DNA of 23,326 nt from Ginkgo biloba (Eukaryota > Plantae > Ginkgophyta). Below the pieces are notes generated by a model that searched no databases, was not told the DNA's origin, and worked only from the letters and a program-made list of their open reading frames with translations. Below, piece after piece: positions 1-11,240 of the stretch; the first letter of the stretch is position 1, and each line of letters begins with the position of its first letter. The position numbers and the translations under genes were made by a program. Where the stretch lies: the NCBI GenBank assembly GCA_024626585.2, contig JANKJI020000004.1:59713484-59736809 (forward strand), given 5' to 3'.

Positions 1-1144
1 AGAAACTTTATCCCAACTGGCTATGGAATCAAAGATATGAGTAGAAACCTTTGATGAGCTTTTTTGTAGATACAACTCTACATCCATGCACTTACCACGT
101 ATATCATGCACCCTTTGTCTGGATTACTTCTTGAGGCAGCCTACCAATAGACTATTTTACAAGAGTCTTGGGAGAAATTTTCGCATAACTTCATCAAAGG
201 CCAGTGAGTCAGAACTGAGATCTAGTTTATCAAGTGTAACTCCAAACTCAAGGAACAAACTTGCTATGATTGGACTTCCTATTGGAATTCATTGCTCTAT
301 GGCATCTTTGTTCTCCTTGCACAAGAGGACTAAGTTGTGAAACCACGAGGTTGGCTTTAATCACAGCAAGGTGATTGCATGTAATATCTCCATAACATTC
401 ATCATGCAAATGCATGATGGGCCTACCACAAGAGAAGGCCAATGCAACTGTTTAAGATTAATTAAGAGGTGTTAGTCAGTGAAGTCAGGTGCATGTCCCT
501 GGGTAGCAGAAGACACGTACTAGGTACAGTGCTGTATCCATACTGGGGATGTAAGTACGGTTATAGGCTGTACACAGCTGTATCCCCACATACCAGACCT
601 GCACATGTGGGTGTCCCCAACTCAAATACCGAAAAAACAGAAAAAAAAGCAGCCAAAGAAGTGTAAAAGAAAAGAAGAAGAAGATTTAACTACTAATTTA
701 CTAACTCTACTTCTCATTATTCAAACATTTTGACATTTATGAATCATGATTTTGTGACTTGTGGTCTCATTTTCTCATGAATGTGTAATCATGATCAGCT
801 TCAGAATGGCAAGCCATGTTTTACACACATGCACAATGTGGGTATCCTCTTAGAATCATCCTCCTATCGGACATAGACAGGTTCATGACATAAAGTGTAA
901 AAACGATGAGTGTTCTTGTAAGGAGTAGCCTCAAAAAATTGGGTTTATTTGGTCCATGCCTGCCACTTGGAATTTGCACAGAAAATTTCTTCTTTGAAAT
1001 TAAAATCACTTCATTTTTTTCAATGAACTAATGATTATGGTATCTGATCTTTATTTTTGGTCTATTGTTTTGGAACTGCCGCAATAGTTAATCCGAAGAG
1101 TGCTGATCTTCCATTCCGATTCAGTTTCACTTGAACAATCCCTG
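1..1144 (+). pseudogene. Probable degraded upstream exons of the same gene (<1-468, 799-880, 1073-1144)
   Basis: Frame starting at nt 2 has only two TGA stops in ~155 codons up to AG|gt at 469. 799-880 (cag|...CAG|gt) is open as SEWQAMFYTHAQCGYPLRIILLSDIDR. 1073-1144 is a 72-nt exon-like block after a pyrimidine tract with a non-canonical tg acceptor and a CTG|gtat donor; it is phase-compatible with its neighbours but carries stops. Confidence 0.4.
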
Positions 1145-1221
1145 GTATATGGTTACTTAGGGCAATTATGGGCTGCTTCATGCTTTCACATGAAAGCATC
1201 CATGTGGCAATGGATGTTTAT

Positions 1222-2289
1222 CATAGTCAAATCCTTTTTTTCTATTTTTGTATACAACTACACAATATCAAGACATTACTTATCTTTCTGCTGCCTTTGG
1301 TCCCTTATTCTGATTGTGTTGTCTACCTTTTTGGATATTGTCTTTGTTATTNNNNNNNNNNNNNNNNNNNNNNNNNNNNNNNNNNNNNNNNNNNNNNNNN
1401 NNNNNNNNNNNNNNNNNNNNNNNNNNNNNNNNNNNNNNNNNNNNNNNNNNNTATATTATCTATAATATAACCTATATTATGTCACCCAACCTCCTATATT
1501 ATTACACTCACTTAGCCCCCTTTATTAAATTACTCGACCACTATTATGTTATATCACTTAATGACCTTTGTTAAAATACTTTCTCAACCACCTCTATTAC
1601 ATCTCTTAGCCATTGTTTCATTGTCCACTATTACATTTATCTATACCCAAATTAATAGTGGCTACCTCGACATGATTATATATAANNNNNNNNNNNNNNN
1701 NNNNNNNNNNNNAGGAAATTTATTTAGTCTTATGTATACTCCCACAAACATATAATTATACCATACACCATTAGCTTTTGAACCTAGAGAAGACATATGC
1801 AAAACATCCAGGAGAAAATAAGGTATCACAAATTAGAATTCCATGGTATTTGTGAGATGAATCACTAGGGATTAATGATAGAACAAAATTTAATATCATA
1901 CATATAATTATAGAATCCAACTAATCCAATAACAATGATAATAAATGGGAAATACAAAATACTATAATATTTGTCATGACGGAAAACTCAAACTTAAGCT
2001 AATGAATCAAAGTTAGAAAATACCACATTTGTATGTAAATGGTCTTCTACCCTATGTTCATACATAAAAATGATAAATAGGAATAATTTCATCTGTATAT
2101 ATAAAATATCATTATGATTTACATTCAAATATCAAGCCAATATTAGGTCCAATATCAAAGAGTTTTGCATGGTCAAATTCTTTTCTTGTGGATATACTTC
2201 CCAAAAATACGTTGTTACTTATCATTTTACTGTCTTTGTTGTGACTCCTTATTATGTTGTCGACCTTTTTTGACATAGTCTTTATTATT
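1222..2289 (+). repeat. Diverged ~125-bp direct repeat pair (1222-1351 and 2168-2289) inside the large intron
   Basis: catagtcaaatcc...ttacttatc...ctgcctttgg...tgttgtctaccttttt ggatattgtctttgttatt versus catggtcaaattc...ttacttatc...ctgtctttgt...tgttgtcgaccttttt tgacatagtctttattatt. Confidence 0.7.
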
Positions 2290-2598
2290 TAGATAGTAGC
2301 TGTGCATCGTTTTGATGTTAATTGTGACTTTTGTAATTTGTACTCGGTTAAGTTTCAGGGTTTTATTGGCATATTCTATACATTATAACAAACTGCATGT
2401 AGTGTAAGATAGCATCTGTGTTCATTGTCTTCTACATGAACATCCAGTTGTCCTCGAAGAACTAAAATCAACATACAATGGAGAAACATTTCCGCTATTT
2501 ATTTTTCATCTTTTTAACAAAGTACATCAAAGAGATTTTTTGCACTGTAATGGACCTTTTCTTTAAATCTTTGCTTCTGTATTTGCAATGCTTCACAG

Positions 2599-3347
2599 TG
2601 GCTGCCAGCAACTCCCTCGCCATATTATTGTCAATTTGCAGCACGTGACACTAAATGTATATGCTGATGAACATTGCAATGAAAGGTTTCGGAATACTAT
2701 GTCATTGACCGAGTAGGTACTTGATTGACCTACACATGCTTGTTATGCCATTTTTCAGTATCTCAATTTCTGTCAAGTCTCTATTGTTGATTTCATCAAA
2801 TGCCAAGGAGTTTTCAGTTTAGTTTCTATGAAGATTCTTGCCCACTGCATTTTTCTTTCAAAAATACACTTCTTGTTCTGTGCTCATAGTATATATTTGA
2901 GATTGTTACTTGGTGTAGAGTCATGGAGGTACTTGAGAAGATATTGCTGGAGCAGAAACAAATGTCTCTGATTGGTGAGTTCAGGCATGCATCCCTAATA
3001 TGCACACGTAAGAGACTTCTTTTTTGGTTAGTTTTCAGTTCTGTTTGCATATGATGTCATTTTTAGGAGCAAACATAAACCAAACAATGAGGAATCGAAA
3101 GGAGGGACTATTGAGAGCTGTCTTGTGTAGACTTGTATATTAAATTTTATCAGCTGAGGTTCATGTTTTTTATTACTGCCATAACTACAGACAATAATGC
3201 AAGACTGGCAGACACAAACTGCATTGAGCAGGTGGAATTACCAGCTGAAGCAAAGGATGTTCTAAAGTACACCCATATGATTCTGCAGAGGTACTTGAAT
3301 GACGTTGATTGTATAAGTGAATGTGCCATGAAGGCTGTTGAAGTCTG
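2599..3347 (+). CDS. Three phase-compatible exons (2599-2685, 2919-2974, 3191->3347, running into an N gap) of an unidentified spliced gene
   Basis: Acceptors ttcacag|2599, gtgtag|2919 and ctacag|3191; donors AAG|gtttcg at 2686 and TTG|gtgagt at 2975; T-rich introns. The spliced product is stop-free: GCQQLPRHIIVNLQHVTLNVYADEHCNE-R-VMEVLEKILLEQKQMSLI-D-NNARLADTNCIEQVELPAEAKDVLKYTHMILQRYLNDVDCISECAMKAVEV. Family not recognised. Confidence 0.6.
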
Positions 3348-4087
3348 NNNNNNNNNNNNNNNNNNNNNNNNNNNNNNNNNNNNNNNNNNNNNNNNNNNNN
3401 NNNNNNNNNNNNNNNNNNNNNNNNNNNNNNNNNNNNNNNNNNNNNNNNNNNNNNNNNNNNNNNNNNNNNNNNNNNNNNNNNNNNNNNNNNNNNNNNNNNN
3501 NNNNNNNNNNNNNNNNNNNNNNNNNNNNNNNNNNNNNNNNNNNNNNNNNNNNNNNNNNNNNNNNNNNNNNNNNNNNNNNNNNNNNNNNNNNNNNNNNNNN
3601 NNNNNNNNNNNNNNNNNNNNNNNNNNNNNNNNNNNNNNNNNNNNNNNNNNNNNNNNNNNNNNNNNNNNNNNNNNNNNNNNNNNNNNNNNNNNNNNNNNNN
3701 NNNNNNNNNNNNNNNNNNNNNNNNNNNNNNNNNNNNNNNNNNNNNNNNNNNNNNNNNNNNNNNNNNNNNNNNNNNNNNNNNNNNNNNNNNNNNNNNNNNN
3801 NNNNNNNNNNNNNNNNNNNNNNNNNNNNNNNNNNNNNNNNNNNNNNNNNNNNNNNNNNNNNNNNNNNNNNNNNNNNNNNNNNNNNNNNNNNNNNNNNNNN
3901 NNNNNNNNNNNNNNNNNNNNNNNNNNNNNNNNNNNNNNNNNNNNNNNNNNNNNNNNNNNNNNNNNNNNNNNNNNNNNNNNNNNNNNNNNNNNNNNNNNNN
4001 NNNNNNNNNNNNNNNNNNNNNNNNNNNNNNNNNNNNNNNNNNNNNNNNNNNNNNNNNNNNNNNNNNNNNNNNNNNNNNNNNNNNNNN

Positions 4088-4793
4088 GGCTGCTAAGAAA
4101 AATGAGGAAGCCGGCTCCATGGGACCTCCCTGTTAACCTCAAAGAAGCCATCCAATCTTTTTGGGAAACAACAGCCATTTACAAGCCATTATATATAACC
4201 CTAATGCAATCCAATCATAAACAATGCTAAAACTTGGGGAATAGGCACATCACACTGCACCAGTAGTCATTAGCTCAATTTCCATGGAGTTCCAGCATGC
4301 AAATTTAAGATAGGCACTGACACCCAGAAGACAGAATGTGCTCTGTATAGGGAGCTGGAGCCTAAATCATCTAGAGAGTTGGTCTTGCCACGGTTCCCTT
4401 CCTAGATGTACTTAAAGCCAAGAAAATTACAAATATTGAGCATTGCAAAGCTTCTTGATGTAGTTCATTACAGGAAAAAGAGAAGTTGGAGATGGAGAAG
4501 GCTTGGGGAGCAAATTCTAGGCAACTTATCCAACAACAGCAAATGCAAGACCTTGCAACATCTTCTATAAGACATTCAAAGCAACAGGTGTGGTGGTTGT
4601 ACTAGGTTTTGTTTGCCTTGCTGTATTTTGGTCTTTTAAGATTATCAGTGAAGCTGTCCCAAGTAACTAAGTTGTTTTTTTTCCATTATGTTGAGCTGTT
4701 AACATCCTTTAACTTTATATTGTTTTCAGAGGAAATGTATAGAAGCAGCTTTGTTATGGGTGGAGGTTCTGTGTGCTGGACTGAATCTGTGAC
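4088..4793 (+). pseudogene. Probable degraded downstream exons (<4088-4587 and 4730-~4793)
   Basis: Coding-like composition, coiled-coil-like stretch LQEKEKLEMEKAWGANSRQLIQQQQMQDL, donor CAG|gtgtgg at 4588, T-rich intron, acceptor ttttcag|4730. Phase-0 splicing gives KQQ-RKCIEAALLWVEVLCAGLNL*. Stops occur in all frames of 4088-4587. Confidence 0.35.
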
Positions 4794-5096
4794 GTAAATT
4801 TTTCTTTGCATACTATAAACTGTCTTAGAACCTCAATCCTACTTTAGAGCCTTGATGTATTTTACTGTATGAGGTTATAATATGCAATGATAATATCGAA
4901 TGCTACCTTAAAGGTTGATGGTACTTATCTTCCAAGGGAAAAATGAAAGATGCAAGAAGAAAGAGCTAAGAGGAGGCAGAAGGAACAACATCATGAAGCA
5001 AGGGAGCTCTACTCTCGCCTCCTTTGTCCAAATCCTTGGGTCAGCTTATGTAGTCCCTTGGTCGGTAAGTGAGAAACATCTAAAGGCAGGGAGCAG

Positions 5097-5422
5097 CTTC
5101 TCCCTAGAAACCTTTTTGGCCCTCCTCAGATCAGGGAACGATATGACAAGGCAAGGACTAGGACACGACACTATAATACAGGGACCTTCTCCTCAGAGGT
5201 AAGTTCTAGTGAGAGCAAGGGTAAGGGAGTTCTATTCCCCTCCCTTGGTTTCCTTGTCATCCTTAGTCAACAAGTGAACATTTAAAGCAATGATCAGTCG
5301 CTTCTCCCCAGTGGCCTTTCTGGCCCTATTTTCACCAAGGAAAGGTATGACAAGCAAGGTCCAGGGAGTTGCGTTCATCTCCCTTTGTTTCACTTTCGCC
5401 CTTGTTCAATCAGGGAATAAAT
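5097..5422. repeat. Diverged tandem/direct repeats in probable LTR-retrotransposon non-coding DNA (~4915-6130)
   Basis: cttctccc...tggccct...atgacaag(g)caagg at 5097-5160 and 5301-5362; gcaagg...agggagtt...ctccctt...tcaa at 5213-5283 and 5353-5422. GC content is higher than the flanks. Confidence 0.5.
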
Positions 5423-6783
5423 AGTGCACCAGGAAGGACAAGGGAGACAGTATCTTCTGCATTAATTAAGTGACGACAGATATTGATGACTCATTCGGAT
5501 CTTGTCAGCAACACATATCCTCAATTACTCCAAGCATTTCATAGATTTGTGCCATTAATGCGATTAGTGATCGGATGGCGGTCAAAAAGGAATCCATGCA
5601 GCCACATGGCTTTGACTCAACAATGCAACCTCTAAGGAGTCGGTGTCTTTAATTCATCCCTTGCACGATTGCCACAGATTTCGGCTTTTCCTTGAGAAAA
5701 ACCTTTGTTTCACTCTTATATTACACCTTCACTCTATCCCTTATGAGCATCCTTGCCTGTAAACTTTGCATATTTTAGAAAAGCTAGTCTTCCTTTTCTT
5801 CCTGCATTTGCATTCTCGCAACACCAGATCATTCCTTGTCCATTTGAGGTCTCCTAGAGTTTCCACCTGGGTTCAAAAGAGTTATGTAATCAATGCGACC
5901 TACCTTTTGGTAAATTGCTCCAACAAGAAAATCATGTTTAAAGAGACAGAGTCATTTGAATCGCCATCCCAGTCAAGAGTTGCCCAAATTGACAAGGCAA
6001 CCAAGTCCTACTGTGTGATCAAGGCGAATGAAGATCACTTGGGCCATTACGCCAAGGAATGGCAATATTTTTTTGCACTCAATGAGAATGGACAACATTG
6101 CCCAAAGATTTGTGGTTATAGTGAGACAAGGTGTTAGAATACATCAAAGACCCTATCATATATCTTTCATATCATGTAGTGGTAGAATTGTTCTGTTGTT
6201 TTAAGAGGGGAACATTCTAGTTCCATGGTAAGATTGTCCTAGTTGATGTAGAATTGATTTTTGAAATTATAGGATTATCAATGGAAGGCACTGCGATCGA
6301 CCTCAAGAAGGAGGCTAAGTGAGTAAAGAAGGAAATAATAAAAAAAAAACTTTATTCAAGATACTTTGAAGCTAATGTATGGAGCAAGTCGAATGGATTT
6401 ACTATTAATTAAATCACTAATGAAGGGGCAAAATGGGCAACCCAAATCATAGTTAAGCGGTTGATTTGCTCAGAGGCCAACACTTATCTAAGCCTTGAGT
6501 GGGCTATTGTAACAATGAAGNNNNNNNNNNNNNNNNNNNNNNNNNNNNNNNNNNNNNNNNNNNNNNNNNNNNNNNNNNNNNNNNNNNNNNNNNNNNNNNN
6601 NNNNNNNNNNNNNNNNNNNNAGTTGATTGCTTTGGTTGCTCAGCACAGTGTTTAATTGCTTGTGATGTTTGGTCGGTGTGCCTAATGCCACCCAGTTTTG
6701 TTGTACATGATCATAATTTTTCCAATTAATAGAATCACTCTTTTCAACAAAAAAAAAAATTGAATAGTTGGAGCTATTTTGAC

Positions 6784-6943
6784 AGTTTCCGGTCATAGCA
6801 AATAGTTATCGGTTGCAACTAGTTTTTCAGTTATCAGTCGCAACCAATTTTCTAGTTATTAATCACAACCATTTTGCAATTATTGATCACTTCCAACCTA
6901 GTAGTTGTCAGTCGCGGTAGAAATCCAGTTATTGGTCACAAAC
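6784..6943. repeat. ~25-bp minisatellite, ~7 degenerate units
   Basis: Core AGTTATYRGTCRCAAC recurs at 6784, 6804, 6829, 6854, 6878, 6903 and 6927. Confidence 0.8.
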
Positions 6944-7627
6944 ATACAAGCAAGTAACAATTGAAAACAACAAAGATTAACTTTGTTTGTACAAATGTTA
7001 ATCGACTAATTTAGTTAAAAATTCCTTATGGTCCAATTATCTGACATATAGGGTAATGGATCTAATTGCATGTTATTGGTGTTTGAATTTTGTTTAAAAT
7101 GATTTGTGTAATTAATAATGGTGTTGAAATATGTCTTGTACACCAAATGGTCTTGGTTTTTCAATTAGCTCTATTGTATGTTTAGAATTTGTGTTGTGGC
7201 AACTAATCTGGAGAAGCGAATGAGACATAAAGAATGTCAATATTTTGTGTGAGGCTAGAAATGAGAATCCATACAAATTCGTCAAGTTTAATGATGTCTC
7301 TATTTTATCTTGTTTCATGAAGCTTTGATAAGGTGCAATCTATTCTTCATGAGAATTTTGGTGATTCAAGTGTTGAATCTTTTTTCATATTGTTGTTCTA
7401 AATGGGGCAGCAAATTTTGTTGAGATCTTTCAACTATGAACTTGTAGCAAATAATTGCAACACCATTCTTTCAACATATATTAGTTATCATGGACAAAAT
7501 TAATTTAATGAATTGTGGTGTAAGCATAAAAGACATGGAACTTTTTAATATAAACAAGTTACGCATTATTATATTTAAAAAACTAGTTTATTTGAAAAAG
7601 TACGGAACAAAGGAAAAGAATTTTATA

Positions 7628-7839
7628 CTAGTACGTACCTGTAGCAAGTAATTGCCACAGGGCACACCTCGACTTCTATTCACCGTCCCCTCCTTTCGTG
7701 CTGCCATTTATTCACCGTCCTGTCCCCTCCCGTGCAACCATTTACTCCTTGCTGTCCCCTCCTATATACTTTAAAAACGAATGTCCGACCATTTTCTCTC
7801 TTCGGTCGTACATTCATTTTTTTTAGTATATAGTATAAA
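7628..7839 (-). mobile_element. Non-autonomous mini-Helitron (212 bp)
   Basis: On the - strand the 5' end is A|TTTATACTATATACTAAAA (typical TCTATACT... start with a C>T change). The 3' end is the hairpin CCTGTGGCAA-ttac-TTGCTACAGG followed 6 nt later by CTAG|T. Insertion is between A and T with no TSD. It contains three internal ~33-bp repeats (tattcaccgtcc...cccctcc). Confidence 0.75.
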
Positions 7840-8406
7840 TTAGTTNNNNNNNNNNNNNNNAAAACATACCCAGAAAAAACACCAATGGATATGTGGGCAT
7901 ATGATGTTAAAGATGTCGCTTTCTTAGATGAATACTTGTGAATTTGTCCAAACTTTTGGGAATGAATCAAGTTTAACGTTAAGCAATTACAAAATGGTCT
8001 AATGGAATTGTGGTCAATCAATCACATCTTCAAAAAGTGTTCAATTAGATTATGTCTTATGATTTGTCTGCTATTCTATATTATTTTGTTATATGTGTTT
8101 CTTTATTTTTTGNNNNNNNNNNNNNNNNNNNNNNNNNNNNNNNNNNNNNNNNNNNNNNNNNNNNNNNNNNNNNNNNNNNNNNNNNNNNNNNNNNNNNNNN
8201 NNNNNNNNNNNNTAGAATTCTACTTTGTACCCATTTCTCTTATTTCCCTACTTCTCTTCTCTCTCGCTTCCATGTTTTATTCTCGTGCCTCTCCCCACTT
8301 TTTTTTGTACATCCTTTTTTTCTTCTTATATTTCTAACCTTTCGAATTCCCTTATTTTTTGTGCGAAAGATGAACTGCTGTGTAATTGAATATTTTTTTC
8401 GACATC

Positions 8407-8752
8407 TGTTGGGCTATCGGTTAGTTTTTATGAGGCATAACCATTCTGTTTGTGTCGGTTAGGCTTCGTTGGATTTGACCAACACCTTTGTCTGTCGGTC
8501 AAATTCGTCTGTGTCGTTTATCGGCCTTCACCTTTATCTTTCCTCGGACGCCGGAATGATCCCTGTCAGTCATTGTTGGATTAACTTAACCTCTATCGAG
8601 CTTGATCTCCCGTCGGCTGTCGGTTAGCCTTTGTCGGTCATCAGATGGAACTCTGTCGGACTGCATATTGGCAGTAGTCAATTTTTGGCATACCGACATC
8701 GACGAACTTTTTCACTAACACTGATGAACTTCTTCAGTGACACCGATGAGTT
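8407..8752. repeat. TGTCGG-motif-rich repeat, probably LTR-derived, with a 22-bp tandem (8692-8752)
   Basis: Multiple tgtcgg(t) motifs; units accgacatcgacgaactttttc / actaacactgatgaacttcttc / agtgacaccgatgagtt. Confidence 0.5.
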
Positions 8753-10960
8753 AAAGAACAATTAAAGAAATTAACTTGGATCCGAATACGGATCAATACC
8801 TTGATGACATACATGGTCATGGACATAGGTACTCTATTTTTGGTGTGACTGCCATAGTTTTGAATTTTCATCACTAGATCTCCACAATTCTTCATAAGAA
8901 TTGATCCTCACACAAACTAGCCCTTATATCTAGAGCCCAGTGGCATCATTGATCAAAAGACATAATTGTTCTCTTATATTTTAGCATGAACCAAACCATG
9001 TTGTTCTTTTAAGTCAAACTATACAACATTTACTTTAAACCCATAACTTAATATTGGTTAGACTTCCTCCAACAAGGTGCTTCCATCTTTTTTCTTGCCT
9101 TATTGAGAACATTGATTTTTGGCTTGATCACTTCGACAATGTTGTCGAGTATAACAACTAGACCAATGATCACATGCACTGAAGTCGTCATTTGATTGCA
9201 TGACATTGTAGCTTCTTACTGCATATGTTTGCTCGAAGCTTCTAAATGTAATTGGGCCATGTTTTATCAATGCTTTATTCAAGCTTTTAGCAGCATTGAG
9301 ACAATGCAAATTGCATTTACTTAAATGAGCATAATGAAGCACACATGCAATGGTAGCCTAATTTGGCATTAGGATTAACTAGCTTTTGATGTGTGTTGAT
9401 ATGAGCATGATCAAACAAATAAACTCTTTTTTCTATGGCTAGTGTCGAATCNNNNNNNNNNNNNNNNNNNNNNNNNNNNNNNNNNNNNNNNNNNNNNNNN
9501 NNNNNNNNNNNNNNNNNNNNNNNNNNNNNNNNNNNNNNNNNNNNNNNNNNNTAGGTCGCATTAAACTTGCTATAAAAATATCACCTTTGAAAACTATATG
9601 TGAGATGATTTAAAATGTAAGTAGTCCCTATGTTTATTAGGAATCTTGAATGATGTAATAATAATGAATGCTTGCATATTTGTCATTAGCTACAAAAGTC
9701 TCTTTTAGTGGTAGATATTAGCTAGGTTGTAGGTAGTCCAATAGTTAGGCAACATTGCCAACTGTTAAGAAGAAGATGAATGGATGAAATTCCCAAGTCT
9801 ACACACAAAAGACCCATCAAAGTAGTATGATAGTAAGCCCATAGATGGATTTATGGGGGCATCGGACTAGTGAAAGGTGGAAATCCTTTTTACTCGTCTT
9901 TTAAGGGAATTTCATCCCTTTATGATGTTGATCTTGATTATTAGGAGATGGTATTTGGACACCTTGAGAGTTGTTATATTTAGCTTAGTTCAGTGTAGTG
10001 ACACTGAATAACTAGCAAGAGGCAATTATCAATTTGCATTCATAACACCAAAATGATCTTCTGAGATCCAAACAAAAGGATGATGAGGGTCATCATTTGT
10101 AGAAAGGGGAGGTCTAATCAACCCAATTTTTNNNNNNNNNNNNNNNNNNNNNNNNNNNNNNNNNNNNNNNNNNNNNNNNNNNNNNATTTTATTTACAATT
10201 GAAACCTATATTTAGAATATGTAACTTATTCATTTGTCTTATATGGCATGCATGTAACGTATTCTTGGGAGGTAACTACCTTAATACAATTTTCATAAAA
10301 TATAATTGAGCCTTAATGGATCAAGAGTGAGAAAGATAAAGAGCCATTACTAAATGCAGGGGGAATTTTCCTCACCTTTTGAAAGCATTAAGGACTAATG
10401 ATTTACCCTTGGGAGGAATTGATGGGGATTAGCCCCTTAAGTTAGGAAACTCTTAAGTTATTAAAATATTATTAAAAACAAATCATGTAATCCTTCATGG
10501 GAGGGANNNNNNNNNNNNNNNNNNNNNNNNNNNNNNNNNNNNNNNNNNNNNNNNNNNNNNNNNNTATTAATATTTTGCATTATTTTAATACAACTAGAAG
10601 AAACATTTTGGTGATTTGTTGTTGTATCTATCTTTCTCTCTTTTCTTGATCGATTCCTCGAGTTTAAATCTTACTATTTAGGAGGATCTAGATCATAATA
10701 ATTGGAGAAAAGATTGGAAGTAAAATGGTTGATTCATAAGTGAAAACCAACTATGGTATTACTCATAGAAACCCCACTAATGAAAAATGAAGTGGAAAAA
10801 TTATTTGTCATCTTTGGAATACATCCTTTATATGGCCTCCTCTAATGAATCAACAAGAGGAGTGATGCAGGACCATCNNNNNNNNNNNNNNNNNNNNNNN
10901 NNNNNNNNNNNNNNNNNNNNNNNNNNNNNNNNNNNNNNNNNNNNNNNNNNNNNNNNNNNN

Positions 10961-11240
10961 ATAGTGTTTTGTGAGGAGTTGCGTCGGTGGAGAAACTTTA
11001 CAAATCGACACCGTAGGAGATCAACACTGATGAAGGAAGAGTTAGTCTAACACCGACATGGGTTGTGTTCACCGAATTTGTCAGGGACTAAACAATGGGT
11101 GATCGACATCGATGGATAAGGAATGATCAACACTGACAACTGATGAAATATAGAAGCAAGATTACAGAGAAAGATGCGTCAGATGACTAATGTCAAAAGC
11201 TGATGTCAGAGAAGAGTGTTGGTGACTCCGTCACCTAACA
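10961..11240 (-). repeat. Related TGTCGG/ACCGA-motif repeat in opposite orientation, probably LTR-derived
   Basis: The reverse complement of 11003-11052 (tgttagactaact...ttgatctcctacggtgtcgatt) resembles 8574-8625 (tgttggattaact...ttgatctcccgtcggctgtcggtt). The block ends in the hairpin tgttggtgac-tcc-gtcacctaaca. Confidence 0.4.

Noticed and set aside
1-442. Protein-like - strand reading (AFSCGRPIMHLHDEC... / LAFDEVMRKFLPRLL)
   Set aside because: It needs a frameshift and several stops, and the nearby splice signals point to the + strand. It is probably an antisense shadow, though not excluded.
1-468. U-to-C RNA editing rescuing stop codons
   Set aside because: Any stop codon can be read as a C>T product. 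The context is nuclear, and methyl-C deamination explains it more simply.
3133-4230. Long ORFs of 250-365 aa on both strands
   Set aside because: Their length comes from the 740-N gap. Only 3191-3347 is supported as an exon.
5766-6137. 123-aa ORF as a real gene
   Set aside because: Non-ATG start, no recognisable motif, and embedded in repeat-like DNA.
6784-6943. CRISPR array
   Set aside because: The 25-bp period, degenerate repeats, 8-9-nt linkers, absence of cas genes and eukaryotic context all argue against it.
10787-10877. Chromodomain-like KWKNY, and purine tract plus TGATGCAG as a possible LTR start
   Set aside because: Too short and truncated by a gap to support a call.
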